62,000 bases of DNA from Wallemia ichthyophaga EXF-994 (lineage: Eukaryota; Fungi; Basidiomycota). Within the stretch, counting starts at the first letter, position 1. Each line of letters starts with the position of its first letter. The notes below the pieces were generated by a model. The model had not been told where the DNA came from and ran no database searches. It saw only the letters and a list, made by a program, of their open reading frames with translations. The translations under genes and the position numbers were made by a program. The stretch spans positions 144,001-206,000 of the forward strand of contig NW_008806282.1 in assembly GCF_000400465.1 (NCBI RefSeq). The letters are read 5' to 3'. Positions 12,688 to 24,366 of this stretch are shown here, in pieces.

Positions 12688-14581
12688 CTAACCATTAATC
12701 TTGGCACTCATCTCAGCCTGTTTGGTGAGAGCAAGCGGACAGTCACCGCGAGGCATCACAACTTCTAATAAAGTGAGTTTGGATGCATTTGCAAAGTTCT
12801 TGTCATTCAAAACCTCATCCAACTCAGCCCTAGTCTTGACTTGGATGCTTTTATGCTCAGCTTGTTTTTGCTTCGAACCAGCTGGTGGCGAGAAGGTCTT
12901 CAACAGCATTTGATGATCAATGTGAGCAATTTCATTGTATGCTGCAGTTTCCCCGTGTATTTTGCGCTCAATTTCATAGCCATCGTTGGATAAGACCACC
13001 AATATTGGCTTAAGTCCAAGCCTTATAATTGTCGCTAACTCTTGAATTGTGAGTTGGAGACTACCATCACCGATAAACAGCACCGTGCGCCTTCCTTGGT
13101 CGCGAGCTGCGATAGCAGCACCTAATGTCCCTGGTAGTGAGTATCCAATCGAGCCCCAAAGCACTTGCGAAATAGCTGTAGCTTTGTCTGGCAAAGTAAC
13201 ATCAAGTATACCAAACGAACTTGTACCAGTTTCTGTGAGAATGACATCTCCAGTGTTGAAGAAATCTCCAAATCTTGGCCAAAACCAGTCATGTGTGATT
13301 GGTGAGTTGAGATTACCCTTGCTTTCTTCAAGAATTTTGACATTCTTCACTTCACGGGCTTTCTTAGCAGCGATAAACTTCTCAGACTTGGTTGGGTCTG
13401 GCTTGGCTATCTTGCGTAGTGCTTCAGCCAGCTTTGGAATGACTACTCTCATAGGAACACCTGGGTATCTAGCATAACCAATTACAGTCTGGTCTGAGTG
13501 TAGCTCTATCGACTTCTTCTCCTTCAAATTCCCACTCCAACTACCTGTATTTCTGTAAGAATCACAATGTAACATAATGATTACCCAACCAACCAGTGTT
13601 AAAGTCTGATGAGAGTGCACCAACGTTGATCACAAGATCACTAGCTTCAGCGAGCTCTTTAGTCTCGACCGGGTTCGAAAGAGCCCCAATGTAAGTACCA
13701 CCGAAATGTGAGTGGGATTCATCAATCGCACCCTTACCCATAGGGGTGTCAAAAAATATCATGTTGCCCTTTTCGACCAGAGCCTGTGCTTGCGCCTCCA
13801 CTCCGTACCTGAGAGCACAAGCGTCGACAACAACGGCAGGGTTCTTAGATTCTTTGAACAGCTTAACAATCTCCTCTACAACAGCATCGTATGCCTTTTG
13901 CTTCTCCGACTCGTCAGCGAAAACGGAGGAGTGAGCTTCAACAAGACCTCTGATTTCATGAGCGCTTGGCAAAGGAGTTTTGAGTGGTGCAGCAGGAATC
14001 TGAGACTTGACGAGATCGCTTGGAAGAGTGAGGTAAACAGGTTTGCAATTGGAGATAGCGTGAACGATAAGTCTGTCTATTTCCCCGCCAGCGCCCTCGC
14101 TCGAACTAAGAAGAGCTTGGGCTGACGTAATTTCACGTGCTGTGTTTGCGAAAGCCGAGTACGAGGAATCGGTAGATGCAAGCGTATGATGGAGCACCTT
14201 GCTGCTCTTCATTACAGATGTTGCCGCCACGCCGACAATGTGGAAGATCGGAAGTCGCTCAGCCATACTCCCAGCAACGCCGTTGATTGCGCTAAGCTCA
14301 CCGACACCCTGCGTCGTAATGAGTGTGGCCATATTCTTACACGTTCTCGCATATGCATCACTAGCATATGCAGCATTGAGTTCATTTGTGTTTCCAATCC
14401 AGTTAAGGCGTGGGTGCTCTTCAAAGTAATCAAGAAGTCCCAAGTTGAAGTCACCTGGAACACCAAAAATTGGTTGCTGCCCACCGCCACCGAGTTGGTC
14501 AATACGGGTGACAAGATATTCAGCAATCGTGCATGTGTTAGAAGGTCTATCGACCTGAGGTGTTATGTCTACAGCTGCCAT
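12688..14581 (-). CDS. PDC1: Pyruvate decarboxylase family ThDP enzyme
   Basis: IFGVPGDFNL, NELNAAYASDAYAR, GVGELSA, LHHTL, WGSIGY, FIGDGSLQLT; intron at 13545-13593. Confidence 0.95.
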
Positions 14582-14662
14582 TGTACGTGTGTGTTTGTAA
14601 GTGATCGTTTATAACAGCGAACAATCCCGGCGGTGGGAACGAATGATTTGATCCACTGACGA

Positions 14663-14670
14663 TGACGTCA
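14663..14670. promoter_or_regulatory. CRE-type palindrome TGACGTCA upstream of PDC
   Basis: Perfect palindrome about 80 nt upstream of the PDC ATG, preceded by an extra TGACG half-site. Confidence 0.4.
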
Positions 14671-14969
14671 ATTTGATAGAACATCCAGAAAGGTGCTTTG
14701 AATCCAAATTCAAGAATCACAGTAATTTGTTTTTATCGACTGAATATTGATTCTTAGACATGCTTGTTTAATTCCGTTATTTATATATTGCATCATTACG
14801 GCACCCGAGACACATGTGTCCGATAACCGACATTTTAACTCGTGAACGAAAAAAGCCAAAGCCCGTTGAATTATAGAAAAATAACTACAAGCGTGTATCT
14901 TAAAACATATTATAAATGGGAGTAGGGTAGAATCAGGGTAGCAAATAAAGGCTAGAAATTGTGATATCG

Positions 14970-17900
14970 CTAAGCTGCATCTTCATCCTCTTCAACGATA
15001 ACGGTATCATCATTTTCCTTATGAGTAGGTTGAGATTGTTCGGTTGTGTTGTTGTTTTCGTTATTGTCAGCATCAGCTTCATCAGCCGCATAGAAAAGCC
15101 AATGGCACTGGTGGTGATTGTGAGATGCGCTCAATACATTCAATCATTTACTCACCTGCAGAATAAATATCTTAACCAAATTCGACACATGTCCAATGTT
15201 GCTCATGCTAGCCATAAAGTTGCCAGGTCCAGCTGGCGGTTTGAGTATGTTTGGACCGAAAACAATCGCGAGATTGTGTGCAAACATCTGGTTCTGATCC
15301 TCGAAGTCAGTGACTCTGAGTGATGGTTAGTTTGTAAAACGATTCAAATATCTCACTCACTTCTCCAGATGCTCTGCAAGTCTTCTCAGCAGTGTGAAAT
15401 GTGTTCTTGGCAAATTCCAAACAAGCTCGCGAATGGCATATAGCCGCTCTTCGTACTCCTCAATCAGCACTGCTTGGATAAAGCTGGGGTACATTGCATA
15501 TGGTACGACTGGTTCGGGCAATTCACGAAGATAAAGCTTAAGGATACCAGTGACTGAGTGTACATCTCTTGCGTCCCCTTCACTCAAGTTGATCGCCGAA
15601 GCATCGCTGTCGAATGCGTCCTTGAGGTTTGTAATCGAGCTAATAGCTCCACTTAATCTGTAAATGCCCGTTTCGAGCAAACCTCTCTTTTCAATCTCAT
15701 TCAAACACTTGTCAATAAGGATCGGAATATCCCCATTTTCGATACCTTCGTCGCCATGCTCTCGTCTCACAACTTCAGATAAATCAACACCAAAGACTGC
15801 TTTTATGTTAGATGGGCGTGGTGCGTTGGTAACTTATACTCACCTGCCTGTGGCTCCCTCTTTCCGGACACAGCTGGGGCTTGAGTTTGCTGTTGAGTTT
15901 GCGCTTGCAAATCGCTAGCCGAAGTTGCATTCGGAGCAATGTAAGTGAGACGCTTTGCGGCTGACGACTGACTCGCTCTTGAAACAACATCAATCCACTC
16001 CTTGACATCAGATGCAGACGTAGCTTGGAAAAGGTAGTTAGCTCCATCCTCAGACACGATTTGGAAAGTGTAACTGCGAGCATTGTTGACAAATTCAGAC
16101 ACTCTGGCAGCATGCAACGTAACGACTAGTGCAGGTTTGTTTGAGGGTTCGAAATCCAACTCAGACAGTCTCTTTCTAGGTGTCTCTGATGGTGTGTGCT
16201 GAGAGGAGCCGAATGCAATTGACAGAGGTCTAAATGGTCTGAGTAACGCCGTCATGCGCTTTCCTTGTCTTGATTTCTTGGCAGTATTTGTACTACCAAC
16301 ACTGGCAGTAGACGTCGATGATGTTGTTCGACTGTGCCTGGATAAAAACGACATAGAGGCAGCTTTCTGTATCTCTGTTTCACGTTTCTCGAGAACAGCC
16401 AAGTCATCTCGTTTTTCACGCCTCATGCGTTCGATAATTGTTGCATCTCTTTTCTCCTTCTCTTGTTGCAGCTTCACTACACCGGCGAAAGCATAAGTAT
16501 GCTCGACATTGAAATCCTTGGTCTGTGCCTCGATAACTTCTCGACTAGCGTCCTCATGCACATGTTTATGGATAGAATGCTCAGAATCCTTTGTCTGTAG
16601 ACGAGGTATCAGTTCATTCGACTGCTTGTCCATTAGTTGCAGAAGGAATGAAATAGATCCTTCATCCTCGCTAGACAGTACGTTCTGTTGACCGAGTTGC
16701 GGGGCGTTGCAACTGAAATTGAAGAGATACCTCCGCTTATCGAAGGAAACGAATTGTCCGATAAGATTCTCATCATCCCTTACGTCCAGTATTACTTCGA
16801 GCATACGCTCCCAGATCCAGCCGAGATCGACAGCGCAAGGCCGCTCACGCTCACGTAGGCTTGATACGCTTTTTCTCCTATCGCTTTCACTGACATCTGG
16901 CGACTTGATGAACGTCTGCAGCGACTGGATATCTGCATTCCTATTGTCAGCCACCTTAGTCCATGTACCGACATGGCTTCTGGATTCAGGCGTCACCAAA
17001 GCAGCCACTAGCGCACCCTCGACCATAGACTTAATAGTAGAGCCGGAAACGTCATTCGCAGACGGTACAATACTCGCCATGCTTGAACTCAATGTCCCAC
17101 CAGTACGCATAGAAATATCCTCGCCATTCAAGCAAGTCATCCTAGATCTGCAAATGGTAATAGCATCCAACATTATCTCTATCCTCTTTGATCGTGCTTC
17201 CAATCCTAAACCAACTTGCGAGATCATGTTTGTTGCCCATTTTCTCACTATCATAGTAGCCTTGTGAGCAGCTCTAACGCTGGCTGGCAATCTCCTAGCG
17301 ATACTGACATCTCCTTCTCCTTTAACGATAGATATGTACGTGTAAATATCCTGTATTGGCAAATTCTCCTGAGATGGATTGTGGTTGATGTCTTGCGATT
17401 TGCTTGCAAACCATCCATCATTCTCATTCACCTGAGTTTCAAACAATTCGGCTGTTGCGACTAAATCCTGCTCAGAAATGTTTCGGAGTATAGCAGAGCC
17501 AATCTGGTCCAAGGCTTCAACAATCTCCTCAGCTGAACTGTTGTCCATATTCTCAACAACAGTGGCAGCTTCAAGGATATCTCTAGTTTTACTCTCCGGA
17601 ACTGCCTTGTCTTCTGGAGCTGGCTCAGATGATTGGTCACCTTCCAGAACTCCTTCTGGCTTGATGTCACTGTTTAGCGACTCGGAGGGACCTTCATTGT
17701 TAGATAATAAATCAGGCCTAAGAGCCTGTCTGACAAAGAAGTCATACAAAGACTGCATTGCGCGCTGTGTAGTTTGCAGCGATGACAGCTGATCTTCGCT
17801 GACGTGGCGTTCTTGAGTCAATGTTTGTGCACCTTTCAAGAAGGTGTAGAGCCCAGAAAACAAAGCTTGCTCATCGAGAGCATCTTGCAGACCACCACCG

Positions 17901-20900
17901 AATTCTAACCAGAATCTCAGCGCATCAATAACACCAACACGCACTCTTGTTACTTGCTCCCACTCGATTTCATCGACTGGTATTCGTTCAGACTTCCAGG
18001 TTGGGAAGTGAACCTCTGAAGCGACCAGTGATAATTCCGGCGAGACGTTTGGAGCACATTCAAAGCGCTTTTGAAGCGTCTGACGGGTGTTAGAAGGCTT
18101 TACTTGAATATTGTAACAACGCACCTCAAAGAGTTTTAACGGAAGACAGATACTTCTGAAAGTAGCGAAGAACACATCGGCGTACTCAGTCAAGTCCATA
18201 GCAAACTTGATCTTCCCTTTACCAGCGGAAGACACCTCCAGACCACCGCCCATATCGTCAGCAGAAGTTCTTTGTACACCTAAATGATCAATGCCTAGAA
18301 TAAGCACGTCGATCAGCCTATCCAGGTTTCCACTCTTGACATGCACTCTCAAATACGCTTCATTCGAGTGATTGCTGCTGAAGTTACTGTAGTTGGAGTA
18401 CCGCTGCGAAGGCGTACCGATGAGACTTTGGCGCCTCACGGATGCAGCACGACCCAATGCACCAGTCGTACCGGTGGTGGTGCAGAAGTTAGACACGCTA
18501 GCATGTCGCGAAGTAGCCCGTGACTCTATCAAAGAAGTGGGTCTGGATCCCTCCTCACCCACTCTAGCAGATGAAGGTAACACCGGACTGTCGAGTTTAG
18601 TTTGACCACTTGCCGATGTAGCGACCGACAGTCTATGAGACACACTGAAACGCTTGACAAAAAATGACTCATTAGGGAGGGCTTTGATCACCAATTCTCC
18701 ATCACACAAGTTAAATAACGTCTCTGCGCCACCAGCTGCCATCTCCTTCATCGTCCTTTGAAATGCCAGACGACGGTTCTGAGGCTCGTGTATATTCTTG
18801 GCTGCCTTTTCTATAGCTAGAACTGGCGATTGTCCGTCTTCGTTTTTGATAGCGCGGCGTGAAGGCTTGCGTTTGAGATCCATATCGAAACTCCTTCTGC
18901 GCAGCTGAAGTGAATGCGTGCGCACAAGTTGACGAGCTTGTGGTGTAGGTGTTGGGAGAGTTGTTTGCGCTGACTTTGTTGAATCCGTGCTGTCAAGTCT
19001 CGACATTTTCGGTTTGGAAGGTTGAGCATAAAGTTTCTCGTTAGCTTCTGCCGCAATGCTCTCTGCATCACTGAAGGTAACATATGACAACGTTGGTGGG
19101 AATGTCAGGGGCGTAAGTGGATGTACGAGTAGTTGAGTAGGTGGTTTGTAGTCGGTTGCAAGGGCTGGAGACGCGCTTGCAATGGAATCTTCTGTCTTGT
19201 GAGTCTTGCGCTCAGCAGGTGCGTTCAGCAATCTACTTTCACAACTGAGAGAGTTGCCAATATAGAGAGATATTCTATGAATTGATTAGAGTTTATAAAT
19301 TGAGCAGATTCAACTCACTGAGGCAGTTGTGGTATCGGTATTAAAGACAAATACTGCCACAGCGCACCAAACTCGACCAACAAAGCTGCACATCTAGATG
19401 TCAAAACTTTGTCATCGTCCTCCTCACGTCCACCAACAGTATGATTATCATCATCATCATTAGTCGCAGTACCAACTGTGTCACGACTACTCTTATGATT
19501 CAAATCTATTTTGACATTCTGACCCAAGTAAGACTCTTCGAACAACGCAAACGCTTCATAAAGTCTCCTACGCGATCTGTATAATGGAGCAAGCTGAATC
19601 TCATCGGTGCTGTGAGCATCTAGCGTCGGCTTCACGTCATCCAGTAGTGTTCCAAGGTATGGTATAGCAGCTGAGGTGACGTGAATTGAAGAATTTGCTG
19701 CTGGTCTAACTTTACTCTTGGGTGGTATTGTGTAGTTTGGAATTGATGTCGCCGGTTTGACCTTTGCTTCAGTGGTAATTTCAGCCTCATCAACAACTCC
19801 CAAATCAGCCAGCGTTGCTGCCCATCTTGACACCGTGTTACGTTCATCACGACCAATGCGCTTCCATGTCCTTGAAAGTCGTGATACAGCGCGGGAGCAA
19901 AGACCCAACGCAACAGCAGCCCATCCTGCAGCATCGCCAAGTCGCTCAAGTGACATACCGACTCTGATCCAATGCACGATCAAAGTTGCACGCAAAGCGG
20001 TGGGCGAAGACGTCGTAGCAGCGACTAGAGATCTCAACTGACCAAGTGAGCTAATTCCCTCTAAATTAAGTGGTTGTCTTGATAGAATAAGAACATGGTG
20101 CAATATCAATCTAGTCAGGAAATGAGGCTTGGCGGGAGAAAATGACAAGAGCAATAACGGATTGGCATCATCAGCTTGCTGACAAATTCTCAAAAACATT
20201 TCTTGTCTGACCCTCAAATCCTCACCATCGTGCTTGTCAAGGTATTCACCAAGTCCGTTTATGCGTTCAACGTGATAGGAGTGTACTTGACGACCAATCT
20301 CCCGCGGCTCTAACACCAGAAATAGAGCTGGTGTCAAACCAGCATTTGCAAGGTGCTTCGAAACTTCTGATCGCAGGACCTGCGGCGACGAAGAATCACT
20401 CCGTAGCTTACTTTGGTAGTCTTCAGGTGCGAAGGGAGAAGGTATATCACGAGGATTGAAGAGGTTTGCATGAATTGTTTTGACTAAATCTTCGTGTTCC
20501 TGCGTCGATGGCCTAGGCTTTATGGCTTCGACAAGATTAATGAGTATTCTCTTTCCTTGGTCATCGAGCTGCAAACGCTGAATTGCGACGAGATATCTTA
20601 TGATGAAAGGTAGGATGACATGCTGAATGTATTCTGCGTTTGGAGCTTCTTGCAACGCGGTATTTGAACACTTCTGGACTTCACTGAAGAACCTTGTTGG
20701 TGTAAAGTGCTTTTCGAGTACCGCAGAGTAGTTGAAAATGACGCTCTCGACGTATTCATATTGTTGATCTGAGGTATGTTAGGATTGAAATGGAGACATT
20801 AAGAACTCACCATTATTAGAAGACTGTGTAGCGAAGATCATTTCATGAACAATTGCACCCGGACTACCACCGATAACTCTTTCGTCAGACGCGCTCTCAT

Positions 20901-21912
20901 TAATGACGAGACCGGGATGCTTATCTTTACCGTAATACGCGCGTGATCTTTGAACAGGGTTCTGCTGCTGGATAGGAGCACTAGGTATAAGTCTCTGAGG
21001 AAAAAAGTCCTTAATGGCGTTAGCCTTCTCGGACGAAGGTATCTTGTATAAAAATAGCTTGTTGTTCCTTAATGTGACTTTGAAGGGTTTCCAGTTACGA
21101 GAGAGTTCGCCTTGTGTTTTTCGTGAGGGCATGTAATCAATCTTTCTTTGGAGGAAGCCGGACCTAAGAGTGATCTGCGAAGACCTTTTATCGGTGCGCT
21201 GTTCTTGAGACCAGAAATCGTGATCACGACCCGGGGTTGGAGAAGGCGGGTCATCACGGCCGACATCCAGATCAAAAACGTGATTTGAAGTGTTCGTAGG
21301 TGAGACAGCTGTGTTAGTTTCGTCATCAGACCGGGCTTTAGCTGTGGGGTGAAGCGTTGGGTGGGAAGAAGTGGGAGTGAGGAGCGCTTCATGCTCTGGT
21401 GTGGGTGAGCCCCCCTTTGGAGACTCAAGGCTGGAGGAAGAAGATTGGGCTATGGAAGCGAGTGGAGTTGGATTGCCAAAGAGAATAGAATGAGCAGCAA
21501 GTGAAGATTTCCTCTGCGGTCTCTGATTGAAGTCAGGGGTCATGAGAGATGCTTGCTGCTGCTGGGACTGCTGGGACTGCTGGGCTTGCTCTTCAATCGG
21601 GTAGACAGCCATCGGGAGAGATATCTTGCGCGTACGGAGAGATGATTCAGCGGGATCTTTCCTGGGCTGAACGTGTATCTGGTCGTTGAAGCTGCCCAAG
21701 TCATCGACTGACTTTGAGTGCTTTTGTTCTGTGCTCGTGTATGGCTGGTTGAAATGAAGTGAATTGGATTGCTGCAAAGATTTTTTGCTATTCGACGGCT
21801 GCAATCTCTTCAAGTAGTTTACAAAGTTTGGCCTTGACTCGTCATCCTTTTTGAATCGTCTCATCGTCGTGGGGCACAACGAGTCGCGTCGAATGGACGT
21901 GCTCACGTCCAT
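14970..21912 (-). CDS. BEM2: Bem2-like RhoGAP with RasGEF and PH domains
   Basis: Multi-exon. N-terminal PH (GFLQRK...NWKPFKVTLRNNKLFLYK), Cdc25-like region (AIPYLGTLLDD), REM (SGNLDRLIDVL), second PH (RSYTFQIVSEDGANYLFQATS), RhoGAP (GLLETGIYRLSG, LKLYLRELPEP, NLAIVFGPNI). Stop TAG at 14970-14972. Start codon uncertain. Confidence 0.85.
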
Positions 21913-22304
21913 TTCTGCTCGAAAATAAATAAACTTACACTTGTGAGTCGTGGAACAGCGTATTTTGCTGTATTCCCTATATTATCCACAGTTTTACCTT
22001 TCAATTTATGTTTCTGGTATGTGTGACAGCGGTGACGATTTACGGCAAGTACGACAGCTGCGATCGATGATCTAGAGCGTTTCCATGGATTATATTCTAA
22101 AATACACCCACTCCGATACATTTTTTTGCAAATTTTGGCACGCGATCTTTATCAGATCTCAGTGTGCCTCCTTTCAACCTCGGCGAAGAATTGAGTAATT
22201 TGAGTAAATTGCAAAATTACGGAGCTTGCGATAAGACGAGTACGTCATCTTCACGATAACAAGAATATGCTGATCGCCCCTCAAACTCACTCAGTCATCA
22301 CACA

Positions 22305-24305
22305 ATGAAACGCTACTTGAGCTCGTCGACGAGGCTAGCCAAATCTGACCCTGGAAACCATCAGCGAGTGAGTGCACCTACTACGTCTTCCCCAGCTACC
22401 TCATCTAATTCCACTTCTTCAGGACCTTATCTTATCCGTACTCAACGCCAGGCCGTCTGCCAGGGACTCCAAATCCTACTTGGCATCTTTCAGAAAACCA
22501 CAAAAGCCTGCATTCGACGTAAATCACAGCCTTCCTCTCAAGACCTCCGACATTGATCCCACCACGCCTTTATCTACCACGACCACTGCGCCCGATGACG
22601 AGATACTCGACCCTATAAACCCTCGAGCAGGGCTCGTAAAGCTCCAGGGTCCTTTCACCGATCGCCAGCTCGACTCTATAGGCGTCGGGATGAACAACCT
22701 TCGCGAAATGGGTCTTGTCAGCGTCGTCGTTGTCGATTCCGAGCTGTGGTCCGTCGAGCGACTGAAGCGAGCCAAGAACAACGGCAGCCACGCCGTCTCA
22801 CAGCTCATACACTCAATTCGCGACGAGGTTATTAGAGTTACAGAGACATTAATCGAAGAGGGCAGCGAAGCGATACCTATCCTACACCCAATAGCGCATC
22901 TCGATAAACGCTCCAAGTGTCTCCCTCAATGGGCTACATCACAGCAACATAGAAGAGCCAGACATGCACCTGAGACATGCCATATCAACCTCGCAGACCT
23001 GGCCCAAATCCGCAAAGCTATCAAGAAACGCATAACACCTGTAATACCGTCGTTTGCATTTAACGACGACCTCAGGACAATACCTGTGCATGCTGACGAG
23101 ATACTGGTCGCACTGTCAGAATCGCTCGAGGCTGCACAATCTCAAAAGGCAGACGAGCTCAAAAAGCTGACAATGGATATCACACCACTGCGTCTACTGA
23201 TTATAACAAGAACCGGAGGTATTCCTTCACCCGCACGATCAGGTCTGCCGCATTTATCCATAAACTTGTCAAGCGAGCATGAGCATATCGCTTCAACTTT
23301 CGTTTGGGAGTCTTCACACCCATCCGCACTAACAAACCTCTCGCTGGCAAGACGGTGTCTGATGCACATGCCACAGTCATCTACTGCTCTAATTGTCGGA
23401 CACAGATCCGCAATGGACCTCGTAGCCAATCTGATAACTAACAAACCCGCTCACTCTGCCTCCTTGCCACACGAGCTTCTCGTTACTTCCGATAAGATCA
23501 CATCACACACTCCTACATCGGTCAGATTAGGTGCGCCCATACAATGTATTCGCAATTTCGAAGACATCGACCAAGACAAACTAACCCACCTCCTCGAATC
23601 GTCATTCAGGCGAGTTTTAGACAGAGATGCGTTCTTTACTCGTCTTAGGCACTCGCTAGATTTTGTCATTGTTGCTGGTGATTATGGCGGCTGCGCCATT
23701 GTGACGAATGAGGTGGATCGCGATGTCGATGGCAATGGCAATGGCAATGGCGAACGTGATGACTCAAACTCTATCGCATACCTGGACAAATTTGCTGTAC
23801 TCCCATCTATGCAAGGAGACGGTACTGTCGATTTCCTCTGGCTGGCCTTGCGCGATGAAAGCTTCGGACTTGGATTGCTCGATGCTCTCAACACCAACGG
23901 CGGCCTCGAAGGTAAAGGTGTAGGCAAGGACTTGGTTTGGAGATCACGTGGCAACAACCCGATAAATAAGGTGAGTTTGTGGGCGCTCAGCTCAATAACA
24001 TCGACTAAACTCCAACACAGTGGTACTTCGAGAGAGCCACCGGATTTCTGCGGGTCGAGGGCAAGACTGAAGCGGCCAAGAAGGCAGGTGGATGGGTCAT
24101 GTTCTGGGCGGATGCAGAGGATAAACTGGCACGTAAATTGAAAGGTCGCCACGCAACACCTCTCGCACCAACAGGAATCCCACTACCGGGAAGTGAAGGT
24201 CTCAGTAACCCAGACCTTGGCTTGTCACTTATTGAAGACGAGGAGCAAGGACGGCTGCTCATCTATGAAAAAGTTGCATCCAACATACCCTCTAGTTGGA
24301 AGTGA
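22305..24305 (+). CDS. ARG2: Mitochondrial amino-acid N-acetyltransferase (N-acetylglutamate synthase)
   Basis: Presequence-like start, DLILSVLNARPSARDSKSYL, GGIPSPAR, IAYLDKFAV, LVWRSRGNNPINK|WYFER; two introns. Confidence 0.85.
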
Positions 24306-24366
24306 AAATAAACAGACAAGGATAGATATAGAATTTCTAACGAGTAATATCAATGCATGTATCAAC

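Noticed and set aside
13545-13623. Apparent frameshift in PDC
   Set aside because: Explained by a 49-nt GT-AG intron (13545-13593) that restores SDFNTGSWS.
23724-23755. Short coding microsatellites (GGCAAT in ARG2; GGTGAT and AAC/AGC runs in the hydrolase at 30840-30860 and 31790-31870)
   Set aside because: Ordinary in-frame low-complexity linkers.
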